Of a stretch of 50,852 bases of DNA, positions 1 to 12,427 are shown in pieces. Below the pieces are notes generated by a model. It saw only the letters and a program-made list of their open reading frames with translations. It was not told where the DNA came from and did no database searches. Source of the DNA: Gonapodya sp. JEL0774 (Eukaryota); the NCBI GenBank assembly GCA_027604505.1, contig JADIIX010000149.1:1-50852 (forward strand), written 5' to 3'. The position numbers and the translations under genes were made by a program. Numbering within the stretch: position 1 is the first letter of the stretch; every line of letters starts with the position of its first letter.

Positions 1-233
1 GGGTTGCCAGCGTCAGTGCGAAGGGGGCATCGTAGGGGCAGTGCAAGAGAGTGGGAAGGGGTGATGTGACTGGAATTGGCTTCACGGGATGCGTGGCTCT
101 CATCCGCCGCACATTGCACATCTTTTGTTTTCATTATGTTTTTTGGCATTTCCTTTCCATTTTTTCTTTTTTCTTTTCCATTTTCATTTGTTTATTAATC
201 ATATATATTTTTTGTTTTTGCCCTTGGCTTCAG

Positions 234-1869
234 ACACATGCTCGCAACTCGCATTCCCAGCCCCCACGGGACTCGCACCCCGACCCACCTGGCCTTCCGG
301 CCGACTACCTACTCTGCAGACGGGAGCGGGAGTGCGAGTGGGAGCCGGACGCAGACCCACCGCCACCGCGGGCTCTTGATGACGGTCGCGTCGGGCAACA
401 AGATGGTCAAGTTCTTTGGCGTGGTGGGGGAGGGCGCGGGGGAGGTTGGGCTCGGTCTCGGAATCGACGGCACCGGTGCGGGATCACGGACCGCGCCTAC
501 ACCGTCCACGTCCACGTCCACGCACGAACAGAGTTCCTGGCAGGAGGTCTGGCGCGTCATGTGGCGGAACCTCGAAGCGACCGCGTGTGCCTGGTCGGAG
601 GACGGCTCGGTGGCGGCAGTGGCGTGGAAGGGTGGTGCGGTGACCCTGTGGGACCCGGACAGTAAGGCGCTGCTCGGTGTTGTGGGGAGCGAGACTTTGC
701 GCAAGAGCTACTCCGGGCTCATGTTTGTCGACGACGATCGGGCCGTGGTGTGTTGGGGGGACCACGAGGTGGACTGTTTTGACGCGGCGGGGGGTGCGCT
801 TGGTACGGGGTGGAAGGCGGGAAGGGATGGGGAGATGAGGCAGAGGATTGTCGGGGTGGTGAGGGATGGAGGTAGGGGATTGGTGGTGTGTGTGCAGGGG
901 AAGAAGAAGACCACGTTCCAGTGGCTCGAGGAAGGGAGGGATTTGAAGGCCAGGGCGAGTGTGGTGGTGGAGGAGCCGTGCCTTGCGTTTACGGTCATGA
1001 AATGGATGGGACCTGCCGGGAGTGTGGACAGCACGCAGCAGCAAACGGGGCAGGTGGTGTACTTGGATCGACAAGGGACATTGAGGTTGATCGCACAGGG
1101 CAAGGTGGCGGACGCTTGGTTAGGGGCTGGAGCAGATGCTGAAGCGGAAGGTCCCCAGAAGAACGTGCTCGAGGCGGTGTTTGGGTCAGGGATGGGGAGA
1201 GGAATCTCTGGACGGAAGCTGGACTGGTCGACGAGGAATGTGGCAAAGAGTGCGGATCCTCTCGGGAACTTGCCGGCGCATATTATTCCGTCCATAACGG
1301 CGCTGTTTGAGGAGGTGATGTCGGGCATGATGGCGAGAGCGCCAGGAGCGGACGAGGAAGACGCCGCCACCGGCACCGTCACCGTTGCGATGGAAGGTGA
1401 AGGGCAGAGCACGGCCATGGCGGTTGACGAATCTGAACCACCGACTGAGCGTTTGGAACAGTCGATGTGGACAAGGGGCGGATCGCGGAGATCCGATGAT
1501 CGGCCTCCGCCACCAGAGGACTTTTCGTTTTTGGACGCGGTGTTTCGACCAGATGGGGTTGGTGGGACCAAGGTGAACGGAGAAAATGTCAAGAAGGGAG
1601 TAGGGAAGAAGGGAACGACGTCCACCGGCACCAACAAGTCTTTCACAGCAACAAAAACAGCAAAGAAAGTTTCCAAACGGCACGCAAACTTGTCGTCCTT
1701 GTTTCTGGCGGGGCCGAACGGGCACACTCCACCCGACAGCGCCAACGGGACACTCTCCTCGTCATCAGACAACGATTCGAGCGATTCCGACTACCAATCA
1801 ACTCTGGAAAATGGGAATGAGGAGGAAGGGGGTGGACTCATTCGAGGGAAACGACGACATCCTGCATAG
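234..1869 (+). CDS. UTP17: U3 snoRNP / t-UTP WD40 protein (WDR75/UTP17/NAN1-like), 3' part; gene starts upstream of the window
   Basis: The exon follows a long T-rich tract and a CAG acceptor at 231-233. It carries WD-like segments (CAWSEDGSVAAVAWKGGAVTLWD), TRIPSPHG, and LPAHIIPSITALFEEVM, which resembles the WDR75 C-terminal motif. Stop at 1867-1869. Confidence 0.7.
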
Positions 1870-2083
1870 TAGAGGAGCGTGATATCATGTACATCCAAGC
1901 AGCGTTGGTGAAATACTGTTAGAAATGCTGAGCAATTTGATTTTCGTCACTGGATCTGAAAATGTTTTCACCAAGACCAAGGTGCTGTGTTGTCCACGAA
2001 ATCGCGGACCTGGTGCTGGTGGCGGGGTCAGTGGATGCTTTTGAAACTTCCCTCCGCACTGCAGGAATCCCAGACAATTCACG

Positions 2084-5000
2084 ATGGCCCAGGGAGGGGG
2101 CTTTCCCTACGGACTTGCCCATCCACGACCAGCGCCGCAGTCCCAGCTGGACCAGCTTCTACGTGCGTATCCAGGAACAACGGGAGCTGGGAGACCCAGT
2201 CGTCCGGATCCATTGCCCCCAAAGCATCAACCTCAATCCGCCCTCGTGCCGCCTATCCCTGTGAAACGATACGAGCTAACACCACCTGCAACGCGATGGC
2301 TGCTGCGGGATTCTGATCGGAAAGATGTTGCATATGCGGACTTTTACGGACAGAGACCTGCCCAGGTTGAGGATCTGCTGACGGAAAATACCATCAGACA
2401 AGGACTTGTGGACAGGCCGTTTTTGCAAAATGAAACGCTTTCGGCCTACGATCTCGTCGTTGATAGGGTGAAGAGTGAGGCTGGTCTCGCCAACATGACG
2501 GCGTTTGCAGGGGAAGTTATTCGACTCAAGGCGGAGCAAAGACTCTTTTCGAGGTGAGCTTCGGTTCACTTTCAGATATTGTTTTGACTCGGATTCCTAA
2601 TGTAAACCTCCGTGTTGTGCTGAAATGGCTTAGGGAGAGTACTTTTCGACCACCTCAGAGGGTTCATTTGAATGATGCCGGCCGCGAGCAGTGGATCCGA
2701 GACCTAAAAGAAACCCGAGTCCCGCTAAGCCAAATGGCGAAAAATGTACCTCATGGATATAAGGGCGAAAAACTGTTGGATCTGGTTGTTGAACATCGTA
2801 TACCATTTGTACGTGCGACTTGGTTCGTAAAGATTGTTGGAGCGTGCGAATCGGTGAGACGTTTGGTTTTCCCTTCTTATCGCGCGCAATCAGCTGTTGA
2901 TCTGAAAGTAGATCATCTTATGTACCTCCAGGCGGCACAAAGTGCAAAAGATAAGGATACATACATGTCGGAATGGACTCGCACTGTAGAACTTCACTTG
3001 CAAAAATATCTAGTGGACCTTGGTGCTGCGTCACCTGCGCCTCCAACAACCTCTGGCACTCTGAACAAGGCGAGTCAGAACCTTGCCACTTCGGGTACTT
3101 CAGCAGTAACCTCAGGGATGGGAGATTCTCACATTCGGAAGCAATTCGCTCAAAGTCCCGAAACTCGCGCGGAATTCTTGGCACGGTGGACCTACTCGAC
3201 CAACCTTGCACGTTGGCACTTCGTAGAAAACTTGATCGATCAGAAGGAGTTTCTGCAGTGGATGGTGCGCCAAGTTCGCTCCGCGACATTTGACCAGACA
3301 TTTCTCCTCATCAGTTTGGTGTCCGAATACGTGGACGACATGGCCAAGAGCCGAGGCTTAATGAGAGCTTTTGTCGAAATTGGGCTGGGTCGTATGGAGC
3401 GTTTGCGAAATTCTGCTTCGGCTTCTGGGGGCATTCTCAACGCGGACGAGTTAGTTGCAGCTCAATACCTTGCATGGATACGGCTCATGCAGCGATGTAT
3501 TCTAGCCGCCCCTGATGCGGCTGTATGCCCGAGGTGGTGGGTCACCTGCGAAAAGGTCGTAGAGAACATTTTGTTGGATGCAGAGGCACCAGACACGACG
3601 GTAAGGGCAGTCGATGAGTGGCTCTTGATTCCATCCTTCTGCAATTTTCATGGTGTTTGTTTTTGTCGGACAACCCTTCCTTATTAGCCTGCGACGGAGG
3701 TTGCCACAGCCACCGCAGTCCTTCGTGCCGTGTATCGCCGTATTCGGTCTCGCAACGCGGCATTCCAGCCACCACAGGACCTTCAACGTACACCATCTGA
3801 AATCGCCATACCCCTCCTCGACAAGTTCACTTCCAACGGAGATATCGGTGCCTTAGTGAATGAGTTGTTCCCCACTCCGCGAGATGCGGGTACAGATCGA
3901 TGCACCATTCAACGGATGCTTCAGTGGGGAGTCACGAGGCGACGGTTTGGTGTCCATCGACCATATCTTGTGGCGAGCATTTTGCAGCGTTACAGTCGGC
4001 GGTTCGGTGATTTGACATCGGGATACGATGATTTGCAAGGGATAGTAATGGCATTTCTGGAAGAATTCGAGCCTGCGGATGAGAGTGAATGGAAGGGTGT
4101 TGCTGATGTGGTAGGTCAGCTTATACAACAGCAGCTGTTCTCGTGGCAAGGGTACTCCCAGTGGCTTATTGTGCGCGGGTGCTTTCAAGGGGAGAGACAA
4201 GAAAACGAGGTGAGACTCTGTCAATTGAGGAGAGGGTGCTCGAATGAGCGCAAACGGGCAGTTGATTTAGGTTACCAAACGGCATTTGCGACACCTGAGT
4301 GCGTTTCCGTTTTCAAAGTCGGACGAGTCGCAGTTCGGCCAAAGGGCTGCACTGCTCGATAATTCCCGAAATCGCGTTGATTTTGGGACCTTTCTGGATT
4401 GTCAACGCCGCATTGAGCAGAGAATGTACACAGTTTTTGCCCAAATATCACCGGAACCATCGACTCTCCCCACCGTGCAAGCCCAGATTGGCGTGGAGCA
4501 GCATGTGTTCAAGGCAGACGTCGATTTACTTGAATCGCTTCAGAGATTGGAAAGATTCTGGCAGTTGGAGGTATCGCGTTGGCTGCAAGAACGATCTCAG
4601 CGACCATTCGTCGGGAATGTTCGTGATGTTCCTACATCGCAGACGGAAAATCTTTCTACCGAGAGTTGTATGCTATCCGCGACACAACTTTGCGAACTTC
4701 TCCGAATTTATGAGGCATGCTCAGATTTCGAAGCCATCCTGGACGTATGTTTGGCTATAAATGTTTTCTTTTGCACGCTCACCCGATGCCAGAGTAACAA
4801 TTTTAATTGGTCAACCGCTCCAGCTTTGCTTGTGTATTGTTACAAATGGCAAGATTGTTCTTCCGAATGTGGATAGCGTCGTCGCGGATACCATCATCAG
4901 CCATAGACTCGTGTTCGTATCCATGGATCGCATTGTGGAAGTGTGGTCTGCAATGTTGACGAAGGTTTGTTTTCTCAAGGGTTTTGGGCGCTGAATTATT

Positions 5001-7966
5001 GTTTGTCTGAAGGTCATCCCCATCATAGTTGCAGGAACGTGGTGGAGATCTCATCACAGCTGAGCCTGCGTTTATACAGTGTCTACTAGAACTGTCGCGA
5101 GTTCCTGTGTGCGGGGAGACCAAGCAGTATGGAGATTTGAACTCTATACTGAAGTTTCTCTCTCCCGTTCAATCGGAACTACTGATGCCAATTATCGACA
5201 TCTCGACATCTCTTGAGCTGGAATACGATCAAGTGAAGTGGAACAAACTCGACTCAGTGCAACAATTCTCACGCACGTTTTCGCGCAAACACAAGTACTC
5301 CGTCTCCGCTCACAATGAGCTCCTTCAATTGATTGGCGTTCGTCTTGCAGAAGAGGCAAAGTCAGTACGAAGGTGAGCGAATGATGGCGAGTCATTCCTC
5401 GTTGGGTGCTGTTGCGAATATTTCGTTGGATTGTAGCATTCCAGAATTGCAGCTATATCTACATCTCCATGTAGATGTTCTGGAGGCAGTGCACCGCAGG
5501 ACCGATCTCGTGGAAGAGACAATATTGTCACATCTCAGTCAGAGCTTCGAATACCAATCTGAAACTTCACCTAGTGGTTGGATTGGTTCAGGAGTCATGT
5601 CTGCAGACAAATTACAGTCTTATCAGAGTATTGCGTTCATGACCTCAATTGTCGCGAGGAGGGTCGTGAACCTGGAGAAGCTAGTGCAACGGTACATTCT
5701 TACAGTACTGCACAAGCTGATGGAGGAGCTTCAAAGCCCATATCCCACACGCAAAGACCTTGCTTCTCTGTACGTCAACGTACTGAGACTGCTACGCGTG
5801 CTGTTAATTGGTGATGGTGAAAGTGACTTTTTGAACAGCCTTGTGAGTATCAACTATCTTTGTTGATAGAAATTGATGCAAACCTCAACAGACACATCAA
5901 CTTTTTTTTTCGTCTGCTTAAAAGGGCGCTGCGCGTTTGAACGCCCGGAAAGCACTTGATGGTGACTTTGGCTCTGTACTCTTAAAGTCTATTCTTGCTG
6001 TTTTGCGGGAACTGGTTCTCGTCGAAGGCACTCTCGCGGAGCGGAACGTAGCATCGCCACCGGCGTCGCCCTCTCCCTTTCCGACGGATCTCTTGGAAGC
6101 AGTGCATCTCTTCCGCCGAGATCTCGTTGAGCAGGATTGGTTTCGATCTGCAATTGCCCTGCACTTAGAGACCTCGTATTCTGTACTGGTCACTACTGTC
6201 CTGGATTGGTTCGGAGGGCCACAGGTCGGATGCTTAACACCAAGACCACGCATTGCAAAGGTGATGTCGATCGTGGAAGACATCCTTCTTGCTCCTTATC
6301 GCTTCCCTGGTGAGACTCGACCAAGCTTCTTCGGTACCCTTCTATCCCGAAACGATACCGCGATGAGTCACAACACTGCATTGCGCCCTCAATCTGGCAC
6401 GGACGTTGGATACTCGGAATGTTTTCGCTGGCTTGTTTTCCATATTGATGAGTGGAACCTTGACGCAAGTCGGATCACGTTGAAAATGCTACTGGATTCC
6501 TTTTCTGCGCTTATGGCAGAGCTCACAGGATCCGGCTCAGAGGCCCTGCTGGACCCCACTTTAATGCAATTGGACGTCGTAACCGCCGGTGGTCCACTAG
6601 GTGTATTGTCACCAGCCGCCACCGTAAAAGACACATCTGAGTCGGGCGAAGATCAACCACTGTCTGCATTCTCTGACATTCTGGTCCGTGAAGGGCTATT
6701 GGCTGGAAATGTTACCTTGAGGATTTTCGCGCTGCTAGTGGAAGAAATGGAACAACCTATTATCGTTTCAGTAAGTGAAGTTGCAATAAAGATCCGCTGG
6801 CACCCTAATCAAGCGTCGTTTTTTGTCAGATTTTTGGTCTCTGTCTATCGTTTCTCCGGGACGTTCCCGGTGGAGCAAGCAAGATTGCAGTCGTTGAGAA
6901 TGTGTCACAGTCTTCAGAACCGCTTTTGGGAACAATTTCGGTCTGCCTTGGTGCTCTTGATCGTAATAGTTCTGGAGCAGCGACGGAGCGCTTCGACCTT
7001 TTAGAGCAACTGCGGCAGCAGCTCAGCTGGTTTGTGCAGCACTCCAGGGAATTTGAGGTGATGATTAGCTGTGGCTTGTCCTTTGCAGCTTCGGAGCGAC
7101 TCGTTCAGTCGTCCAATGACTCCATGGTTTGTCATGCACTTGTGTTAAGAGTTTCCTAGATGGCGAGACTTTCTTTTGGTCGTAATGTTCATTTGTCTTC
7201 ATTTGAAGGGTTCGATCATTGAATCTCTAAACCACCATGCTCGCTTTTCTGGCCATCAGACGTATTATCAAGACTTTGACTTGAGTGTCTTGACGTTTGG
7301 GTGCGTACCACCATTTTATTTTGTGATGTTTAAGTGTGCCAGAGATTCAATAATGTAATCGTGGCTAGGCTTACCCTTCGACTTCAAATTCTGGCAAGCA
7401 TTGTGGGAGTAGGCCCCACTGATCCTGAGCTCTTTAAACTCGAGGAATGGCTTCGACTTCTCTTTTCTCTCCTGGACGTAGGTGGCGCTAGAATGCTACT
7501 GGCGGTATATGATGTTCTAATCTGCGTGACTTTTGCGATTTCACCACTCAAGTTGCCCATCGTTGGACAGTATGACGCCGAGACAAATCCAATCATCGAG
7601 GCGATTTTAGATCTGCTGGCCTTTTTCCTGGACCTCTCGACGGAAGCTTCAAAAGATGTGAAAGTATCCGTCAACGCTCTTTTGAAGGTCTGTTCACCTC
7701 TGGTACTCTGGTGGACTTTTCACATTTCAATTTTGTCCAACTGTATGATACAGGAGGTTTCTACTTCGCCTTTCAAAGATCCACAGATAATGGCTCGAAT
7801 TGCCGTGATACTTCCGTTTTCTCCTTCAGTGATGTTGCATCCCATCCGAGGGGCCCCGCTGCTTGAAGATGGCGGTGGAGACGCTCAGTTTTCCAGCATA
7901 CCACTTGGATTATTTAATGCGACAGTGAGCGACGAGCTGGCGCAAAAGCGAATATTGGCCATATGA
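2084..7966 (+). CDS. MED12: Mediator kinase-module subunit Med12/Srb8, multi-exon
   Basis: Fungal Med12 N-terminal motifs: YELTPP, YADFY...EDLLTENTIRQG, FRPPQRVHLNDAGREQWIRDL...PLSQMAKNVPHGYKGEKLLDL...IPFVRATWFVKIVG. A chain of plus-strand ORFs separated by short GT-AG introns continues to the stop at 7964-7966. The 3' exon structure is less certain. Confidence 0.9.
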
Positions 7967-7971
7967 GGGTC

Positions 7972-9991
7972 TCAGGATTTCATACCCTTTGTAAAAACTT
8001 GTACAGCTGCCATCGTTGTTTCCGGTATTTCCCGAGGGACATATCCCGACGCAATAGCTATATCTCGTATTTTTGTATCGAACGTCTGTGTTTGTTCTTC
8101 GCTAAGTTCTATGATGAAACTATGAGTCCATTGCCCAGAAGAGAGGTTGAAGATCCGTTGTGGGATGTGTGTATTACTTGATCAGGAACTCACGTTGCGC
8201 TCTCCACAAGGGCAACACCATCCGCCGTCATCAGATCAAATGTGTCGCCAAGGCGGTGAGCCATTGAAGTGCCCAAATACACCGTATCAAACTTCCCAGT
8301 AAGCTTTGCTTTCCTACGCTCGAAAGTTAATGAAGGGTCCATGGGCAGAAACTTGATGGAAACTCGATTGCGAAGAGTCTCGGCTACAAACAAGGACAAA
8401 GAAACGCCATTGATCAGCACAGGTCACATATTGCGGTATCACTGTGACGTATGCCTACCTCCGCCGGCCGCCCAAAACTCCTCCATCATTTGACGTACGT
8501 TGTACAATGCAATATCTCCAGAGGACTATATGGTGGGTTGGTTCGCACTCAGATACGCGCAAAACAGTCGCTTTAGTATCGCAATTCTTTTGGCTCACGT
8601 TCGTGTGTATGCCGTTCTGGGTCTTGAGCAGATCTTTGTTTGCCGTTTCCACCCCATGAGCTAAGAACGGTCCTACGACAATGTCACCAAAATAGCCCCA
8701 TTTATTAACTGTTATGCCACCCTAAGAAAAAAAGATAAAGCAAACTTCGTACATGGTATGAGATAAGGAAACCAGCACATACCTGCTTGATTCCTTCGAC
8801 AGATGCTAGAGAACGATTTGGCTTGGAATAAGTCGACTCGCGAACTTGAAATGCAATGCCCTTTGTGCGCCAGCTCAAAAATTCTGCTTTCGATATTACG
8901 GAGGCCTGTGATTCAATAACTTGGTTGATCAGATAGTCGTCCTCACCAGATGAACTACATGCTCACCTTGTCCCTCAGTTTCATATGGTAATCCCAGTCG
9001 ACCAAGTTTTCTCGGTGATCGTAACGTCCACCATAATGTTTGCGCAGACGGAAATCCCTACAGGAATGATTCATTCAGTACAGGAAGGATCGGTGATTCA
9101 ATCATCCTTACCAGTAATTCTCCATGTCAAACACCTTTTTATCGTCTCGCCAGAACTTAAAAGTGGATTCTAAGTCATCCCTTTCTCTGTATTTGAGGAG
9201 GGATAAGTCCAGGATTGTTGCGAGGGGTCCTTCCCCATGGGTTACGGTTCTGGAGTGCTACAAGTCAACTGCACATCGCAGCCGGGATGCTAACATATGG
9301 GAAGCTGACCTGACAAGCTGCCCTGACCTTACTCTCAAAAATTCGAATGATTTCTCTCGCAGCAGAGCATTGCCATACAGCTCCAACAGTAGTTCGGAGT
9401 GCTCTGTTGCATGTGGTCCGTCAATTTTTCCGCTTGATTTCTCACAACGAGGCGATTTCACCTTGGACTGCAGATTCATCCTTTTCCATAAACAAAGACA
9501 AGATGAGTAAGTACCGGGCTAAGACAGGAGCTTGACCTTCCAGGACATAGAACTACAAGGTCACCGATGAAGTGCTCTACCAGGATTGCTCGGTCGGGAA
9601 CAATTGCCACTCACGTCCATTCGGACATCCGGTTGGCTTGACGTCTGGCAAATTGTTTTGATAATGTGACGGCAATCACTGGCTCCGATGAGGAGAATAT
9701 TGAGAGACGTTTCTACGAAACATATGGGCCTTTGACTTCTAATCCGCGAGGAGGAGACATCGGATCGATATAAAAAGGGGGACATACGCTCCTGTACGCC
9801 ACTCTCTGCGATGGGAATAGAGTCCTGCGGGCCCGGGCTTCCACTTTTTCGTGCGGCGTTCGTCAAATGTTGAAGGTTAAGAGAGGGAGAGAATCCTGAT
9901 TCAAAGGGCTTTTCTATTTGAGCATAAGGCACATTTTTCACCAAGATGTCGATTGCTCACCCCATAGATTTACTGTTCCCAAACCTTCCAT
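7972..9991 (-). CDS. DNAAF3: Dynein axonemal assembly factor 3 (PF22; DUF4470/DUF4471), multi-exon
   Basis: ATG at 9991 gives MEGLGTVNLW|GFSPSLNLQ, then LNILLIGASDCRHIIKT. The C-terminus reads FDTVYLGTSMAHRL...VESA|TFIIELSEEQTQTFDTKIRDIAIASGY...MKS*, matching the recalled DNAAF3 termini. Confidence 0.88.
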
Positions 9992-10187
9992 CTTGGACTC
10001 GTTGAGGAGCGGCGGCTCGGTGTTTCAAAGTGACTTTGGTCATCTCTTTTTGTATATGTTACCATTTGTGACTTTGCTCAGGGCTACAGTCAAGCCAGCA
10101 ATCCCCACTTTTCGAGTCCAAGACAAACTCATCAAAACTCCATTAATATAATAATATAATGACTTCGCTTTGTACCATAGGTATTAA

Positions 10188-12309
10188 TCAAGGTAATTGG
10201 CTCACACTCAGATGCTGCAGTACCTCAGATCCCACAGCCGAAAACACTGGATGGCTGACTGTTCGCTGTTCACCCGAGAAAGTCCGCTTCAGCCTCCCCA
10301 AGTAGCTGGATGTCCTCACTACATCCGGAGATTTGTGTCGCTCTTTAGTATGTACGGGTGATGACACTTCTGGAGCGGTATCCCGAAAGTTTCTGATACT
10401 GGACCGGAGTGCCTCCAATCGACGCAGTTCTTCCTCTGCGATTAGGGATGTGTCTGTGCACAGAGTTACTATCAAAATCAGCCAAGTAAACGAACAAAAA
10501 GTATAACCAACATCTACGCACCGAAAATATCCGTCAAACGCGATTCTTTAAGTCCTCGTCGTCTCGCAACATCGTCTGCACTTTCACCACTGTCATTCCG
10601 TATTTCGCGGAGGGCTCCAAGATGCACCAACAAGCGTGCGGCCTGTTCCTGCTTGCGACTCACTGCTTCGTGCAACGGGGTCCTGAAATAGGCAGTATGA
10701 CCACTTGCGCGATCAGGTTTTGATTTGAAAACTGAACCAATCACCAGCCGTTCTCGCCCCTCCCATTGATGTCCAAGAACTCGGAATAAATCATTACAAG
10801 ATCCACAGATCCAGTTCTCGCGGCAAGATGCAAAGGATTGCATCCACTGCGAAAGGCGGTTAGGAACAGAACAGCCAGAACGAGTCATTTTGAGAAACGA
10901 AGCACTCACGTTGGTGTCCGTTGATTTGGCGTCGCGCCCGCTTTGAGTAGTGTGACAGTCACCACAGGATCTTGTTGCACCAAGAAGCAAAACTGACTTT
11001 TGTCCAAGTCACGACGATTCATGTAACGGAGGACCTGGAGGAGTACATTGCAGTTTCGTGTTCCGGCTGCAATATCAACGGAGTAGAGGTCCTTTGAGCG
11101 CGCCCATTCCAAAGTGACCTCAACTGGGTGTTCTGCGCGCCACTGCCGTCCAAGTAATGGCACTCTATTGGATGCAAGGCCACCAGGAAAGGATTCAAAA
11201 AGCGTTGACTTCAGAGCGCGATGCAACTGGAACATTTCAAAAGGTAGAGGGGCCATGACATCGGCACCGTCTGCAAGCAGCACATTTACAAGAGAACAAC
11301 GCTCCTTCGCGACGGCGAGGTGAATAGGAAAAAGTCCAAGCCATGACTGATTAAGGTAAGCCCTCTTGGGGAGATTTGCTAGCATGTCAGCTCTATACAA
11401 CACTAGGTTAGCGGTCGATTGCGGACTTGCATACCTTCATCATCGCTTTCACGACACTTTCAGATCCGAGACCCACTGCCAGAAGAAAGTAGGACGGAAA
11501 CCGAAAGTCCCCCTGTCCATTACCGTCCCGAGTAGCAAATATGGGGGCGTTGTAGTTCCTTATGATTCCCTTATCGAGGAGCGCGAGGGCAACTTGGTCC
11601 AAACCAGAGGAGAGTGCTTTCAGGAAGTGTTGGCTAAATTCAGCCGTTCTTTTCTTTCGAGAATCCATGTACGTCACATCTTCCAGGAGTTGAAGTGCCC
11701 TTGCAGGATCCCGATCGTGCATGTAGATGTTGAGGAGATGTGAGTACTCCGCAAAAGTCCCCTTAGCTTTCTTTTTTGAGAGGAACGCCGAGACTCTATT
11801 CATTGTGTCAACTGTTCGCTTAGAAAGACTATAATCAGAGCGTACTGCAACGAATGGTGGTCCAGCTTCTGAGGATCTACTCGAATATACGTGTACAACC
11901 TACATCTCTTGCCCTTCAGAGCATCCTTCGAGAGCTCCTTTATCTTCCCGCTAGCTTTGAGCTGATTCTCTTTCTTTTGCATTGTGAGCATAATGACTCT
12001 TTGACGTCGAGGATACACATCAAAGAGTTTGAATGTCGCGAGGTTGAGGAAGGATGGAGTTTGAGCCCCATCTTCAGCGTCCGATGAACTACTATCCGCA
12101 CGCTCCCTGGTCAACGTCTCCACTTGCGCCTCATAGGGATGCGACACACTTGTACGTCGGCGTCGTGCGTCAGATGTAGGAACCAATTCAGGCGAAGGTT
12201 CGGTGGGAGAGGACCGCGAACGCGCTCGCTTGAACTTCAGAAGTGACGAGTCCGTTGTATTGAGAGACTTAATTGTCTCGCGCGAGATTGGACTATCCGC
12301 GCTGTGCAT
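10188..12309 (-). CDS. Ankyrin-repeat protein, multi-exon, function unknown
   Basis: Ankyrin-like motifs FPIHLAVAKERCSLVNVLLADGAD and RTPLHEAVSRKQEQAARLLVHLGA. An intron (gtgcgt...cacag) joins in frame to the last exon DTSLIAEEELRR, ending at 10188. The start codon is tentative. Confidence 0.7.
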
Positions 12310-12427
12310 GTGTGGTTATAGTTCTCGCCAGTTCCCACTTGTGTTCCACAACAACCCAAATCAAACCTGAACATCACGGAAGGCTTCAATAATAATAGCA
12401 CAGAAAAACCAATAGAATCAGATAATG

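Noticed and set aside
121..230. Long T-rich tract giving Phe-rich 'membrane' ORFs (51-665, 89-379)
   Set aside because: It is a low-complexity intronic pyrimidine tract ending at the CAG acceptor at 231-233.
708..1772. Long antisense ORFs (also 34725-35372, 45278-45892, 39761-40279 and others)
   Set aside because: They are shadows of GC-rich coding sequence on the opposite strand and show no recognisable motifs.
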